Source: Escherichia phage Sa157lw. From it: a DNA stretch of 64,000 bases. The notes under the pieces were generated by a model. The model was not told where the DNA came from, made no database searches, and saw only the letters and a list, made by a program, of their open reading frames with translations. The stretch is from the sequence record OK322699.1, one strand, 5' to 3'. Below are positions 8,990 through 18,988 of this stretch, piece after piece. Each line of letters starts with the position of its first letter. Position 1 is the stretch's first letter. Made by a program: the position numbers and the translations under genes.

Positions 8990-9735
8990 TGGTTTCCCTG
9001 CAGGCTTTGCGTAAACTCAATGATTTTGAGAACCGCCATTACACATTTCAGCAGTATGCCTTGCCCTTTAAGGAACTGACTTGTGTAACAACGGAAAACG
9101 GACGCCATTATGTGTCTCCAACAGGCGTCAAACTCACATCTGTAACAACGATGTTGGGGCGTACCGGAGATCATACATGGTTAGAAGCCTGGCGGGACAA
9201 GTTAGGACACGAAGCCGCCGATATCGAAACAGAGCGTTGCGCAGACCGTGGGGAAAAACTTCATTTGGCCTGTGAATTATATCTCAAAAACAGGCCGATG
9301 AAGGAAGTGTTAGAAGCCGCAGGGGAATACGTGTTTATGTTTAAACAGGTCTTCCCCTACCTGAACAAAATGAGCAAGATATACGCGCAGGAGATTCCGT
9401 TATATAGCGAAGTCCTTGGTCTTGCTGGTCGTGTTGATCTCATCAGCGTTTACGAGGGAATCCCTAGCATTATCGATTTCAAAACATCCAACACCCTGAA
9501 AACTCGGAGCATGATAGAAGATTACAGCATTCAACTATGCCTGTACTCAGTCATGTTTCAACAGATGTTTAATGTTAAGATCGAACGTTTGGTCAATATT
9601 ATATCTAACGAAAATTCTCTTGTCCCGACTATAATCGAATTTAATCGAAAAGACGTTATTTCTAAAATGTTTGATCGTGTTCGCCTGTATCATAAAATGG
9701 ATAAAGAACAGAACGGGATCTGGGCGGATCGCTAA
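8989..9735 (+). CDS. PD-(D/E)xK family nuclease (RecB/Cas4-like)
   Basis: motifs GRVDLI .. IIDFKTS .. QLCLY; start coupled to upstream stop (TGATG). Confidence 0.5.
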   Translation: MVSLQALRKLNDFENRHYTFQQYALPFKELTCVTTENGRHYVSPTGVKLTSVTTMLGRTGDHTWLEAWRDKLGHEAADIETERCADRGEKLHLACELYLKNRPMKEVLEAAGEYVFMFKQVFPYLNKMSKIYAQEIPLYSEVLGLAGRVDLISVYEGIPSIIDFKTSNTLKTRSMIEDYSIQLCLYSVMFQQMFNVKIERLVNIISNENSLVPTIIEFNRKDVISKMFDRVRLYHKMDKEQNGIWADR

Positions 9736-9763
9736 ATACTCCATAATATTGGGGGAATTAGTG

Positions 9764-11269
9764 ATGTCAGAAATTCAAATAATCAAAGTTAACGAAGTGC
9801 GCATGCGAATCTTGGCGGAAGACTATATCCGCGAAGAACTCAATGATTACTTCAAATTTGAAGATCCTAATTTCCAACCGAATCCCTTCAGTAAATGGGA
9901 TGGCGTGGTACGCTTGTTCACAAAGAGTTCTGGCCTTATAGACATCGGTCTGTTGTTTGAGGTGTTTAAGTTCTGTAAGATGAATGGTTACACCATCAAA
10001 TTAGATCCCGCCTTAAAATATATCCAAGATATACCAGACGAAGAGATACATACATTTATCAATTCCCTGAACGCTGTTTACCGTGATGAAAACAAGCAAT
10101 ACCAAATCGCAACAGTGCGCGACTATCAATTCGACTCAGTGGCCACAGCAATACGCCAATCCAGATGCGTGCTAGAAGCGGCTACGAGCGCGGGTAAATC
10201 GTTTATTTTGTACATCATGGCGCGTTACTACAGGCAACGCAGAGAGGCACTGGAAAGCAATCTCAAGACGTTGATCGTTGTACCTTCCATTCACTTGGTG
10301 ACTCAGTTGTATGACAACTTTGAGGAATACAGCCATGGCACAAATTGGAATACCATGATGAATGTCCAGATGATATGTGAAGGTGCAACAAAGGATATAT
10401 TCAAGCCCATAGTCATTTCCACTTGGCAGGGTATTCAGAATCAGCCCAAAGAATGGTTCCATCAATTTGGGGATATTGTTGTCGACGAAGTACACACATC
10501 TAAATCTGAAAAGCTATCTTATATCCTGAACAACTGCATTAATGCTGACCAAAGATTGGGAGTAACCGGAACCCTCGCGAATACAAAGGTTGCAGGGTTG
10601 CAGGTCGTTGCCCATTTTGGAGCATACCATAAAATTATTACAGCACGTGATTTAATAAATCTTGGTTATGCCGCAGATATCCATGTCAACATGATTGAAG
10701 TCATACATCCCATGGCGGATTGTATAGAAATGCATGGTGCTGAGTACCAAAAGGAAATAGAATTCCTCATAGCGAATGAACGTCGAAACGAGTTAATAGC
10801 CAGAATGGCATTGTCTTTGAAAGGTAACGTGGCCGTTATGTTCGAACGCATTGACGCCCATATGATGATTGTTTATGAAATGCTTTCAGCCGTTAAGAAA
10901 AACGTATTTGTCATTAACGGCGAAGTTAAGACAGAAGTTCGTAAACAAATTCAGGCAGCGATGGAAGAGGGCGAAGATATAACACTGCTGGCATCTTATG
11001 GGACCATGCAACAGGGAGTGTCGATCAAAAAACTTCATCATTTGATATTGGCACACCCGAGTAAATCCTATATTCGTGTCATACAGACTTTAGGGCGTCT
11101 CATGCGCCAGCACTCTTCAAAGGATGTTGCCAAGATCTGGGATTTAGTAGACAACTTGCGTTACAAAGGATTTTCGTACAACCATGCCCTCAGACATTCG
11201 CATGAGAGATATAAATTTTATCTTATGGAGCGACACCCTGTACAAATGAAGAAAGTGTCGCTCCAGTAA
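9764..11269 (+). CDS. uvsW: UvsW RNA-DNA/DNA-DNA helicase
   Basis: 501 aa; Walker A ATSAGKS, DEVH box, C-terminal LHHLILAHPSKS..QTLGRLMR..WDLVDN match T4 UvsW. Confidence 0.9.
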   Translation: MSEIQIIKVNEVRMRILAEDYIREELNDYFKFEDPNFQPNPFSKWDGVVRLFTKSSGLIDIGLLFEVFKFCKMNGYTIKLDPALKYIQDIPDEEIHTFINSLNAVYRDENKQYQIATVRDYQFDSVATAIRQSRCVLEAATSAGKSFILYIMARYYRQRREALESNLKTLIVVPSIHLVTQLYDNFEEYSHGTNWNTMMNVQMICEGATKDIFKPIVISTWQGIQNQPKEWFHQFGDIVVDEVHTSKSEKLSYILNNCINADQRLGVTGTLANTKVAGLQVVAHFGAYHKIITARDLINLGYAADIHVNMIEVIHPMADCIEMHGAEYQKEIEFLIANERRNELIARMALSLKGNVAVMFERIDAHMMIVYEMLSAVKKNVFVINGEVKTEVRKQIQAAMEEGEDITLLASYGTMQQGVSIKKLHHLILAHPSKSYIRVIQTLGRLMRQHSSKDVAKIWDLVDNLRYKGFSYNHALRHSHERYKFYLMERHPVQMKKVSLQ

Positions 11270-11270
11270 T

Positions 11271-11648
11271 TCATTTATCTTGATTCACATAGGCGGGGGT
11301 TGCCTCGCCGTCTTTGTTAGAACCGAACAAACAACCCATCGTGTTGATGCATTGTTGTAGAACTTCCGGCTCAAGAATCTGACTCATCAGTTCTTCATTA
11401 GATTCCATCAGCGGGATGACTTTCACTTCCCGCGCCTGTCCTTGTTGGATAATGCCGATATACAGACCTTTGGTGTCTGGCAGTAACGGGATCACCATCA
11501 TTGGTGTCACAACAAACTTAGAAGTGCGATAGAGGCTGTGTAAGTAAACACCTTTCAATGTCGGTTGTTCTTCTACCAACATTGAAGACATTGAAAGGTT
11601 GGATTCTTGAACTTCCCCCACTGCATATAAACCCACGAATTGTTTCAT
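11271..11648 (-). CDS. hypothetical protein
   Basis: 125 aa ORF convergent with uvsW. Confidence 0.4.
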   Translation of the reverse strand: MKQFVGLYAVGEVQESNLSMSSMLVEEQPTLKGVYLHSLYRTSKFVVTPMMVIPLLPDTKGLYIGIIQQGQAREVKVIPLMESNEELMSQILEPEVLQQCINTMGCLFGSNKDGEATPAYVNQDK

Positions 11649-11984
11649 ATATCACTCTCTTGTTAGTAAACATAACTACATAATAATCTCATGCTGTGTT
11701 TAGACCAAATAAATTATTTTGCTAGTTGAATAAAAATCGCTTTCTTGTTGAACAATCCGTGCGTAATATACGAGTTGTGAGCTTTGCGAGCAACGAGTAT
11801 TATCACGAGCGAAGCGAGTAGACTGATAAAGAAAGGTTTTATTAAAACAGAATATTATAAATGCCGTCAGGCATTTATTTATCGCGCGTAGGGCATTTTA
11901 ACACTTGTTCTATAACTGCAAACACGCGATACTAATTTGCGTCAAACATGACTTGAACCCCACTATATTTTGAGGATATAAACA

Positions 11985-12653
11985 ATGCAAGAGATCACTC
12001 TCTCTGAACGCACTTTACAACTGCTGGCCAACTTTGAAACCATTTGCCCTTCTATCGTTCTGGCACCTGGTAAAAAGCTGCGCACTGTTAACGACTCCAG
12101 CACCGTCATCGCTATCGCTGACATCGACGAAGACTTCCCGTTTGAATTCCCTATTTTGGACCTGACCAAACTTCTGGCCATTCAGCGTCTGCCTAGTTTC
12201 AAAGGCGGTAAAATCGAAATGTCGGAAGATCATATTTTACTGAAAGGTGAAAACTCGCAGCTGCAATTCTGGCGCTCAGCAAAAGAATTGACTGTCGTTC
12301 CTGCCGACAGCATTGATCTCCCGTCCGTTGAATTCGAAGCGACGGTCACTCCTGAAAAAATGAAAGAGCTGACCCGCGCCTGTTCTACTCTGGGACACAA
12401 AACTGTTCGTCTGGTTGCCAGCGGCGGTAAAACCCGTCTGGTCGGTACGACTACGACTATCGATAATTCCAACGATTACACCGTTGAATTGGGTGAAACT
12501 GCTCTGGCTGATTTCGCTATGCCTGTCGACGTTGTTAACCTGAAAATGATCGAGGGCAACTATGTGATCCGCGCCTGTGCTGAAATGCAGCTTGTTAACT
12601 TCCAGTCGGCAGATGGTACCATCAACTACTACGTTGGCATGCAGCTGGATTAA
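11985..12653 (+). CDS. 45: sliding clamp gp45
   Basis: 222 aa; N-terminal LLANFETICPSI pattern like T4 gp45; followed by gp44/gp62. Confidence 0.85.
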   Translation: MQEITLSERTLQLLANFETICPSIVLAPGKKLRTVNDSSTVIAIADIDEDFPFEFPILDLTKLLAIQRLPSFKGGKIEMSEDHILLKGENSQLQFWRSAKELTVVPADSIDLPSVEFEATVTPEKMKELTRACSTLGHKTVRLVASGGKTRLVGTTTTIDNSNDYTVELGETALADFAMPVDVVNLKMIEGNYVIRACAEMQLVNFQSADGTINYYVGMQLD

Positions 12654-12683
12654 TCAATATCGCTTCGGCGCTTTATTATCGGT

Positions 12684-12708
12684 GGCGGGGTTATTATCCC
12701 GCCCTTTG
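12684..12708 (+). terminator. stem-loop GGCGGG ttattat CCCGCC + CTTTG
   Basis: inverted repeat after gp45. Confidence 0.4.
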
Positions 12709-12733
12709 AAATGTTTTATCTAAAGAGGCTGCA

Positions 12734-13723
12734 ATGTCCAACATTACTATCGTTACAGACCAATACGCGTGGGAAAACAAATATCGTCCTGATAATTTAG
12801 ATGAGATCGTTCTCCCCTCAGACGTCCGTGCCAAGATCCATGGTTATGTTACCTCTGGCAACGGAAACATCCCCTCTATGCTGTTCTACTCCCCTCAGCC
12901 TGGTACGGGTAAAACTACTTCTGCTCTGGCCGTGTGCAATGAAATCGGTTGTGTGAAACCTCTGATGATCAACGCATCGCTTGACAACAGCATTGATGTG
13001 ATTCGCGATCGTGTCATTCAATATGCTACTGGCGTCAGCGTTTTCGGTGGTCGGAAAGTCGTCATCCTCGACGAAGTTGAGCGTCTTTCTATGGCGGCTC
13101 AGGAATCATTGAAAGGTATCGTGGAAAAGGTTTCCAAGAACTGCTCGTTTATCCTGACCACCAACGCCAAACAGCGTGTCAATGAGCCTCTGCGTTCTCG
13201 TTGCCGTGAAATTGATTTCATCTGGTCCGAAAAAGAAGCCGACGAAGTTAAACTTCAATTTATGCGTCGTTGTGCCACTATCCTGACAGAAGAAGGCATT
13301 CCATACGAAGCTGGTGTTATTGCGTCGATTGTCAAGTCGTATTTCCCCGACAACCGTAAGATTATGGGCACCCTTCAGGATAATGCCACCACGTTTGGTA
13401 AAATCGATGAACGTGCTTTGGCTCAGGTGAAAGCGGGTGAATTCCAGGCGTTGGTCGATTTCTTAAAGGCCAATGATTGGGCTGGTATGAAGCAATGGGT
13501 GACTGACAACCAAAACTACATCACAGAGGACTTCTACTCTCGTTTCTTCCATTTCTGTGTTCCGCAGAACAAAGAGAAGAATCCTTTGATCCAAAACGAA
13601 TCTATCCCAGATTTGGTCTGTGTTTGTGGTCAGTCACAGATTGAACATCGTTCAGTTGGAGACGTCTGGTTACACGGCGTTTACTTCCTGACCAACGTCA
13701 TGCTCAACATCAAGTGGAAGTGA
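12734..13723 (+). CDS. 44: clamp loader large subunit gp44 (AAA+)
   Basis: 329 aa; Walker A SPQPGTGKTT, DEVERL box, SRC motif. Confidence 0.9.
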   Translation: MSNITIVTDQYAWENKYRPDNLDEIVLPSDVRAKIHGYVTSGNGNIPSMLFYSPQPGTGKTTSALAVCNEIGCVKPLMINASLDNSIDVIRDRVIQYATGVSVFGGRKVVILDEVERLSMAAQESLKGIVEKVSKNCSFILTTNAKQRVNEPLRSRCREIDFIWSEKEADEVKLQFMRRCATILTEEGIPYEAGVIASIVKSYFPDNRKIMGTLQDNATTFGKIDERALAQVKAGEFQALVDFLKANDWAGMKQWVTDNQNYITEDFYSRFFHFCVPQNKEKNPLIQNESIPDLVCVCGQSQIEHRSVGDVWLHGVYFLTNVMLNIKWK

Positions 13724-13727
13724 TATT

Positions 13728-14150
13728 ATGGCCGCTCCGTCACTGTTCGATTACCTGGGTGCTCTGAACAGCACCAAAGAGAATCTGTTGTTGACCGAAG
13801 ACCCCGAAATCAGAAAGGCTTTTGATCCTTTCATGACTCGGCGCGGCCTTGCTCAGAGTAAAGACACGTTGGTGGTTGCAGAACGAATGAACCGCTTCCA
13901 TGCCATTACTCCTTGGATGCAATGGAACCTTGCGTTTCATAGTATTCCAGCAAAACGCCGTTATGACAAATGGTCTAAGAAAGGAGCCATGGACCCTGAT
14001 GTAAAATTGATTTCTGAGTATTACTACATCAGTCCTGAAAAGGCTTCTGAGTATGTTCGATTCCTGCCGAAAGAAGTCCTGGCTGAAATCAAGGCGAAGG
14101 TCGAACGTTCCAACAGCAACGAAAAAGCTAAACCGCGCAAGGCTAAGTAA
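13728..14150 (+). CDS. 62: clamp loader small subunit gp62
   Basis: 140 aa; AKRRYDKWSKK motif resembles T4 gp62 RGKRYGKWAK; position after gp44. Confidence 0.6.
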   Translation: MAAPSLFDYLGALNSTKENLLLTEDPEIRKAFDPFMTRRGLAQSKDTLVVAERMNRFHAITPWMQWNLAFHSIPAKRRYDKWSKKGAMDPDVKLISEYYYISPEKASEYVRFLPKEVLAEIKAKVERSNSNEKAKPRKAK

Positions 14151-14248
14151 TTCAAATTATTGTTAAAGGGGTACGAGTCATGGCGCGTAATACGCTGGAC
14201 ATCTTGAAACTTTCAGCTGTTAACGATGAGGCCAGCATCGTTGATTGT

Positions 14249-14644
14249 ATGGTTGAAGTTCAATTGAACCAAGATAAACCAGGAATTTTTCTGGGTATCA
14301 AGGAAACGCTGAGCCGCATCGGGGTGAACACTCGTCAAGAGCCGAATACCCTGTACCAAACATGTCATATTCTGCATAAATTTGGCAGATATCACATCGT
14401 GCACTTCAAGCATCTTTTCATGCTGGATGGGCATTACAACGGCTTTACGCGTGAAGATGTCCTGCGTATGAATCGGATTATTCGGCTTTTGGAGCAGTGG
14501 AATATGGTTAAAATACTGCATCCGGAACAGATTACCGAAGTTGCTGATATGTCTCGAATCAAAGTTGTAAAACATGACCAAGTTTCTGATTGGAAACTGG
14601 TTCCAAAATATACCATCCGCCCGACTCGGGCGAAAAGCGAATAA
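14249..14644 (+). CDS. regA: translational repressor RegA
   Basis: ORF 14180..14644 trimmed to internal ATG; IKETLSRIGV..LYQTCHILHKFGRYHIVHFKHLF..WKLVPKYTI matches T4 RegA. Confidence 0.85.
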   Translation: MVEVQLNQDKPGIFLGIKETLSRIGVNTRQEPNTLYQTCHILHKFGRYHIVHFKHLFMLDGHYNGFTREDVLRMNRIIRLLEQWNMVKILHPEQITEVADMSRIKVVKHDQVSDWKLVPKYTIRPTRAKSE

Positions 14645-14660
14645 CTGGAGTCGCTATATT

Positions 14661-15524
14661 ATGACAACTACATTTAATAAAAACGTGAGACTGAATCTGG
14701 CTTTTGGTAATGCTGCAGGGGACGTGACCGACCCCGACTTTAGCAAAATTCGCAATCAGGCAAAACTCGTGCTGGAAGAGACCCGCGAACTTCTGGAAGC
14801 GGCTTATTACGATCATCAAGTGGTTCTAACATTAGAATTGAATCCTCGAGAAAGCGAGACGCCGACCACTACCGAAGATCTGATGAAAGCCATCATGGAC
14901 GCGCAGGGTGATATCACTACTGTTAACGACGGTGTGGCCCATATCGCGGGTTTCAATGGTGATGAGTGCTTACAGCGCGTGTTTGCTTCCAACATGAGCA
15001 AGTTTATCCGCTCTGAAGATGAAGTCGGTCCGGCTCTGGACTATTACTATTCTCGCGGTTTCCCTGATGGACAATTGCGTGTGGAAGGCGAATTCCCTCA
15101 GGCATGTATTAAAGTTAATGAAACTGTCGTTTGGAATGGTAAAGAATATCCTAAAGGGAAATTCCTTAAAAACATGGCTGTTTTCCAAGAGCCTGATTTT
15201 TCTGACATGCTGACCAAAACTCCTTCCCGTCAGATCAACGATATCGTTGCCAGCATGGCGATTGAAGAAGGTCAGGTGTTTATCGATGATCTCAATGGCG
15301 TGGCGTTGGTATCCCCGAACACATTGGGTGTAATCCTTTCCATGGCTGTTGAAAAAACTTCTCAACCTGTAGAGATCGACGGGCAAATCGAAAGTTATGT
15401 GCCAGCGTTCATCGTGGATGACACCAATATGCCTAAGCTGTGTGGGGTGTGGGGTTCTAATGTTCGTGTTTATGCGAGCACTCCAGTGCAGAACACGGTA
15501 ACACACCTCTCCCGTATCGATTAA
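14661..15524 (+). CDS. hypothetical protein with N-terminal MazG-like EExxExxEA motif (possible NTP pyrophosphohydrolase domain)
   Basis: ORF trimmed to ATG with GGAG RBS; LEETRELLEAAYYD motif; occupies the slot where T4 has gp43. Confidence 0.4.
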   Translation: MTTTFNKNVRLNLAFGNAAGDVTDPDFSKIRNQAKLVLEETRELLEAAYYDHQVVLTLELNPRESETPTTTEDLMKAIMDAQGDITTVNDGVAHIAGFNGDECLQRVFASNMSKFIRSEDEVGPALDYYYSRGFPDGQLRVEGEFPQACIKVNETVVWNGKEYPKGKFLKNMAVFQEPDFSDMLTKTPSRQINDIVASMAIEEGQVFIDDLNGVALVSPNTLGVILSMAVEKTSQPVEIDGQIESYVPAFIVDDTNMPKLCGVWGSNVRVYASTPVQNTVTHLSRID

Positions 15525-15548
15525 TATAAACCGTTATTCATTAAACAA

Positions 15549-15575
15549 CAGAGGCTATAATGGCCTCTGTTTTTG
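15549..15575 (+). terminator. stem-loop CAGAGGC tataatg GCCTCTG + TTTTTG
   Basis: inverted repeat read directly. Confidence 0.6.
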
Positions 15576-15593
15576 TATTCTAGAGAGGATACC

Positions 15594-16817
15594 ATGAAAG
15601 ATAAACCGTGTGACATTCCTTATTGCGGTGTTCGGGAAACCAAAATTAAATCTGCACACCCCACGTTAAGTCCATTCCATAAACAACTCGCATACGAATG
15701 GATGAGCGAGCGCTATAAGATCCACGTGAGAAAGGACGTCCAACGTCTTCCTGCTCCTTGGACGGATAATCCCATACTACGGCAGGTCAAGTTCTGTAAC
15801 GTCCGGAGAGAGCACGACAGGCAGTCTCTTAACCTGATCAACAATATCGTCAAGAACGATGCTCTGGGCATTGCCGACAAGATGTTCAACTGTGTTCTGT
15901 TCCGCATGTTCAACCTCTGGGACCCGATCAAGGCTATCGGTGACGCTCGTACTATCAAAGAGTTCGCAAACATCGATCTTGATGCAACCCGCAAAAGTCT
16001 TCAGGAATTTGAGGCCAACGGTGGTAAGATCTTCACCAATGCCTTCAACACAGGCGGTCTAAAGCAGTGTCTGGCGTTCCCCGAACTCGTTGTCAACCAC
16101 AAGGAGCAGCGCTTTGGTGGTATGATGGTTAAGGTACACCGTGTTGGCCAGGGTATCGTTGATGAATTGGATTACAAGGTCGCCAAGAAGCTGGTTGAAG
16201 AAAATCCTGGGGAGTACACGATCGAGGGCTGGGAGCCGTACATGCCGATGCGTGTTATCCGTTCCCTGAAGGCATTTGTCAACAAGTATCCTGATTATTT
16301 CAATGATCTTTTACGTCTTGACTCTCCGCTGAAAGTTTACCAGCGCATGTATGACGACATTGAAGGGCTTGGGCCATTCCTGGCATATCAGATATGGGTG
16401 GACTTCACATACATCCCTGAGTATCCATTCAGTGAGAATCACTTCACCATCGCTGGCCCAGGTTGCCGTGCGGGTATTGACCTGATGTTCCTGGATAAGG
16501 ACGGTATGACTCATGAAGAGTGCATCTTCTGGGTTCGAGATCACCAGTATCAATTGTTTGCCCAGTATGGTTATGTCCAAGAGCAGTTCTGGTCAGCCGA
16601 AGCGCCGGAAGATCAGTGCATGAATGTCATGCAGCTGGAGAACATGTTCTGTGAATTGAGCAAGTACACCCGCTGTGTTGAGGCCATTGAGAGAGGGGAA
16701 AAGCCACGCGGCAAGGTCGGTTACGATGGAGGCGGAGAATACAAAAAGCGGTGCGATGAAGTTGTCCTCAAACGCGGTTCCGTCAATTTGTTAGATCGTT
16801 TGAAGAAACCTGAATAA
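15594..16817 (+). CDS. hypothetical protein (407 aa)
   Basis: ORF 15573..16817 trimmed to MKDKP with GAGAGG RBS; no confident domain match. Confidence 0.45.
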   Translation: MKDKPCDIPYCGVRETKIKSAHPTLSPFHKQLAYEWMSERYKIHVRKDVQRLPAPWTDNPILRQVKFCNVRREHDRQSLNLINNIVKNDALGIADKMFNCVLFRMFNLWDPIKAIGDARTIKEFANIDLDATRKSLQEFEANGGKIFTNAFNTGGLKQCLAFPELVVNHKEQRFGGMMVKVHRVGQGIVDELDYKVAKKLVEENPGEYTIEGWEPYMPMRVIRSLKAFVNKYPDYFNDLLRLDSPLKVYQRMYDDIEGLGPFLAYQIWVDFTYIPEYPFSENHFTIAGPGCRAGIDLMFLDKDGMTHEECIFWVRDHQYQLFAQYGYVQEQFWSAEAPEDQCMNVMQLENMFCELSKYTRCVEAIERGEKPRGKVGYDGGGEYKKRCDEVVLKRGSVNLLDRLKKPE

Positions 16818-16825
16818 AGAATCGC

Positions 16826-16864
16826 TTTACTTCATTCTTCAATAACCCCCTTTCAACGTATATT
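16826..16864 (+). promoter_or_regulatory. promoter-like element of the TTTACTTC-TTCAATAA family (spacing atypical)
   Basis: TTTACTTCattcTTCAATAA .. TATATT; conserved leader AGGAAGACTATACCATG downstream. Confidence 0.35.
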
Positions 16865-16929
16865 GACCTCACTTTAACGACGCGCCCATTTAGGGCGCTC
16901 AATTTGAACTGAAACAGGAAGACTATACC

Positions 16930-18951
16930 ATGGCAGAATTCAAACCTTTCGCAACGGCTGTTAATGATAACGTGCTGGCGATGTCCGCAACTGGTCTGTT
17001 TATGACCAACGTTGATAAAGATGCTCTGTGGGATTTGTATTTGGCATCCTTCCCAGCTGGTACCAACCCGATGTACCGCGAACGCACTGAACACGACTGC
17101 ACCTGCTGTAAACAATTCATCCGTAATATCGGCGGCGTCGTGACTATCGATGCTGACCTGAACGTTATCTCGATTTGGGACAACATTGAGCTGGGTAACG
17201 AATACGACGTGGTGGCTGCGGCGCTGTCGACCTTCGTTAAACAACACGCAATCGTCGACGTGTATTTCAACGATTCTGCTAAAGTCGGCCTGTCTCATAA
17301 CCACGAATCTGGTGAAGACGGCAAAATCCGCACGTATAACCATTTCCACACCGAACTGCTCGGCAGCTATGTCCTGCGTTCTGATGCTATTGCATCTAAA
17401 AAAGGTGAAATCCGACAGGCTATCGAATTATTTGAACGCGGTCTGCGTGAAATTACTCTGGAATCAGCAGAAATCGTTCTGGAATTGATTGATCAGAATT
17501 CTTTGTATCGCGGCGCTGAACATAAAGCTGCGGTGATGGGCTTCGTAGTAGCCAAGACGGCATATGAAGAAATCCCAGAATCTAACCGTTCTCTGTGGGC
17601 ATGGCGCACTGGTTATCGTTCAAACAATCATGTTCCACATGGCATTCGCAACACCGTTATCGGTACTCTGTTGACTGATATCAGTGAAGGCGTGGAACTG
17701 GAAAAGGCCGTTAAGTCGTTTGAAACCAAAGTTGCCCCAGCGAACTACAAACGCCCGACGGCTCTGGTCTCCAAGTCCATGATCGAAAACGCTCAGAAAG
17801 AAGTGATTGCTCTCGGTCTGGAAGATTCGCTGGCGCGTCGTTATGCAGTTTATGACGACCTGACGATCAATAACGTTCTGTTTGCAGACCTGGCTGCTCA
17901 AAAAGCGATGGATCCATTCGCTCAACTGGCCGCCGAAGTGAAAACGCCGACCAAGTCGCTGGATAAAGTTGAAGAGATTGGCATTGACGACTTCCTGAGC
18001 AATATCCTGCCGAAAGCGCATTCAATGGAAGTGCTGGTTGAAAACTCGCATACTGGCAACCTTATGTCTCTGGTCGCTCCGGCTATTGCAGGTGCTCCTA
18101 ACCTTTTCAAATGGGGCAACGGTTTCTCATGGTCATACAACGGCGAAGTGGCCGACTCCATCAAAGAGCGTGTGAAAGCGGCTGGCGGTAAAGTCGACGG
18201 GTTCCTCCGTGTATCCCTGGCTTGGCACAACAACGATGACCTCGATCTGCATATGTTCTTTAACAATATGGAACATGTGTACTTCCGCGATCGTCGTTCA
18301 ATGACTGGTGCTCATCTCGATATCGACATGAACGGTATGGACGGCATCGACCCGAACCGCTCTCCGGTAGAAAACATCATCTTCACTGATGAAAGAAAGC
18401 TGCGTGACGGTGAATATCGTTTTGAGATTCACAACTACAACCAACGTGAAAAGATCGACGAAGGGTTTGAAATTGAAGTTGAATACAAAGGCGCTACGCA
18501 ACGTTTTAGCCACAATGGGTTAAAAGACCAGGGGCGCATCACTGCCGTCGTTCTGACTGTTAAAGACAAACAAGTCGTTAGCATCAAGTCTGAGCTGGCG
18601 AATGTTGATAAATCCAAAGAAATTTGGGGCATTAAGACAGCGACCTTCCAGAAGGTACAGCTGGTCCTGAACTCACCAAACCATTGGGATGGTGAACAAA
18701 CTGGCAACAAGCACGTCTTCTTCATCTTGGAAGGTTGTGCGAATCCTGAAGGTACTCGTGGTTTCTACAATGAATATCTGAAGCCGGAACTGGATAAACA
18801 TCGTAAGGTTTTTGAAATGTTGGGTAGTAAAATGAAAGTACAACCCAACGAAAACCAACTGTCTGGTTTGGGGTTCTCGACAACGCAACGCAACCATGTG
18901 TTCGTCAAAGTGTCCGGCGCGTTTAACCGTACTGTAAAAGTCATTTTCTAA
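16930..18951 (+). CDS. hypothetical large early protein (673 aa)
   Basis: long ORF with conserved leader; no confident domain match. Confidence 0.5.
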   Translation: MAEFKPFATAVNDNVLAMSATGLFMTNVDKDALWDLYLASFPAGTNPMYRERTEHDCTCCKQFIRNIGGVVTIDADLNVISIWDNIELGNEYDVVAAALSTFVKQHAIVDVYFNDSAKVGLSHNHESGEDGKIRTYNHFHTELLGSYVLRSDAIASKKGEIRQAIELFERGLREITLESAEIVLELIDQNSLYRGAEHKAAVMGFVVAKTAYEEIPESNRSLWAWRTGYRSNNHVPHGIRNTVIGTLLTDISEGVELEKAVKSFETKVAPANYKRPTALVSKSMIENAQKEVIALGLEDSLARRYAVYDDLTINNVLFADLAAQKAMDPFAQLAAEVKTPTKSLDKVEEIGIDDFLSNILPKAHSMEVLVENSHTGNLMSLVAPAIAGAPNLFKWGNGFSWSYNGEVADSIKERVKAAGGKVDGFLRVSLAWHNNDDLDLHMFFNNMEHVYFRDRRSMTGAHLDIDMNGMDGIDPNRSPVENIIFTDERKLRDGEYRFEIHNYNQREKIDEGFEIEVEYKGATQRFSHNGLKDQGRITAVVLTVKDKQVVSIKSELANVDKSKEIWGIKTATFQKVQLVLNSPNHWDGEQTGNKHVFFILEGCANPEGTRGFYNEYLKPELDKHRKVFEMLGSKMKVQPNENQLSGLGFSTTQRNHVFVKVSGAFNRTVKVIF

Positions 18952-18988
18952 TTGATTTGACAACAACTTCGTAATAAGGAACAAAGAA

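Noticed and set aside
11700-11900. Search for tRNA genes in the larger intergenic regions
   Set aside because: No cloverleaf-compatible sequence with a GTTCGA/GTTCAA T-loop found by eye; cannot run tRNAscan
14574-15524. Possibility that the ORF after regA is a fragment of DNA polymerase gp43
   Set aside because: No family B polymerase exonuclease or polymerase motifs recognisable; the long N-terminal extension of the ORF overlaps regA and lacks an RBS
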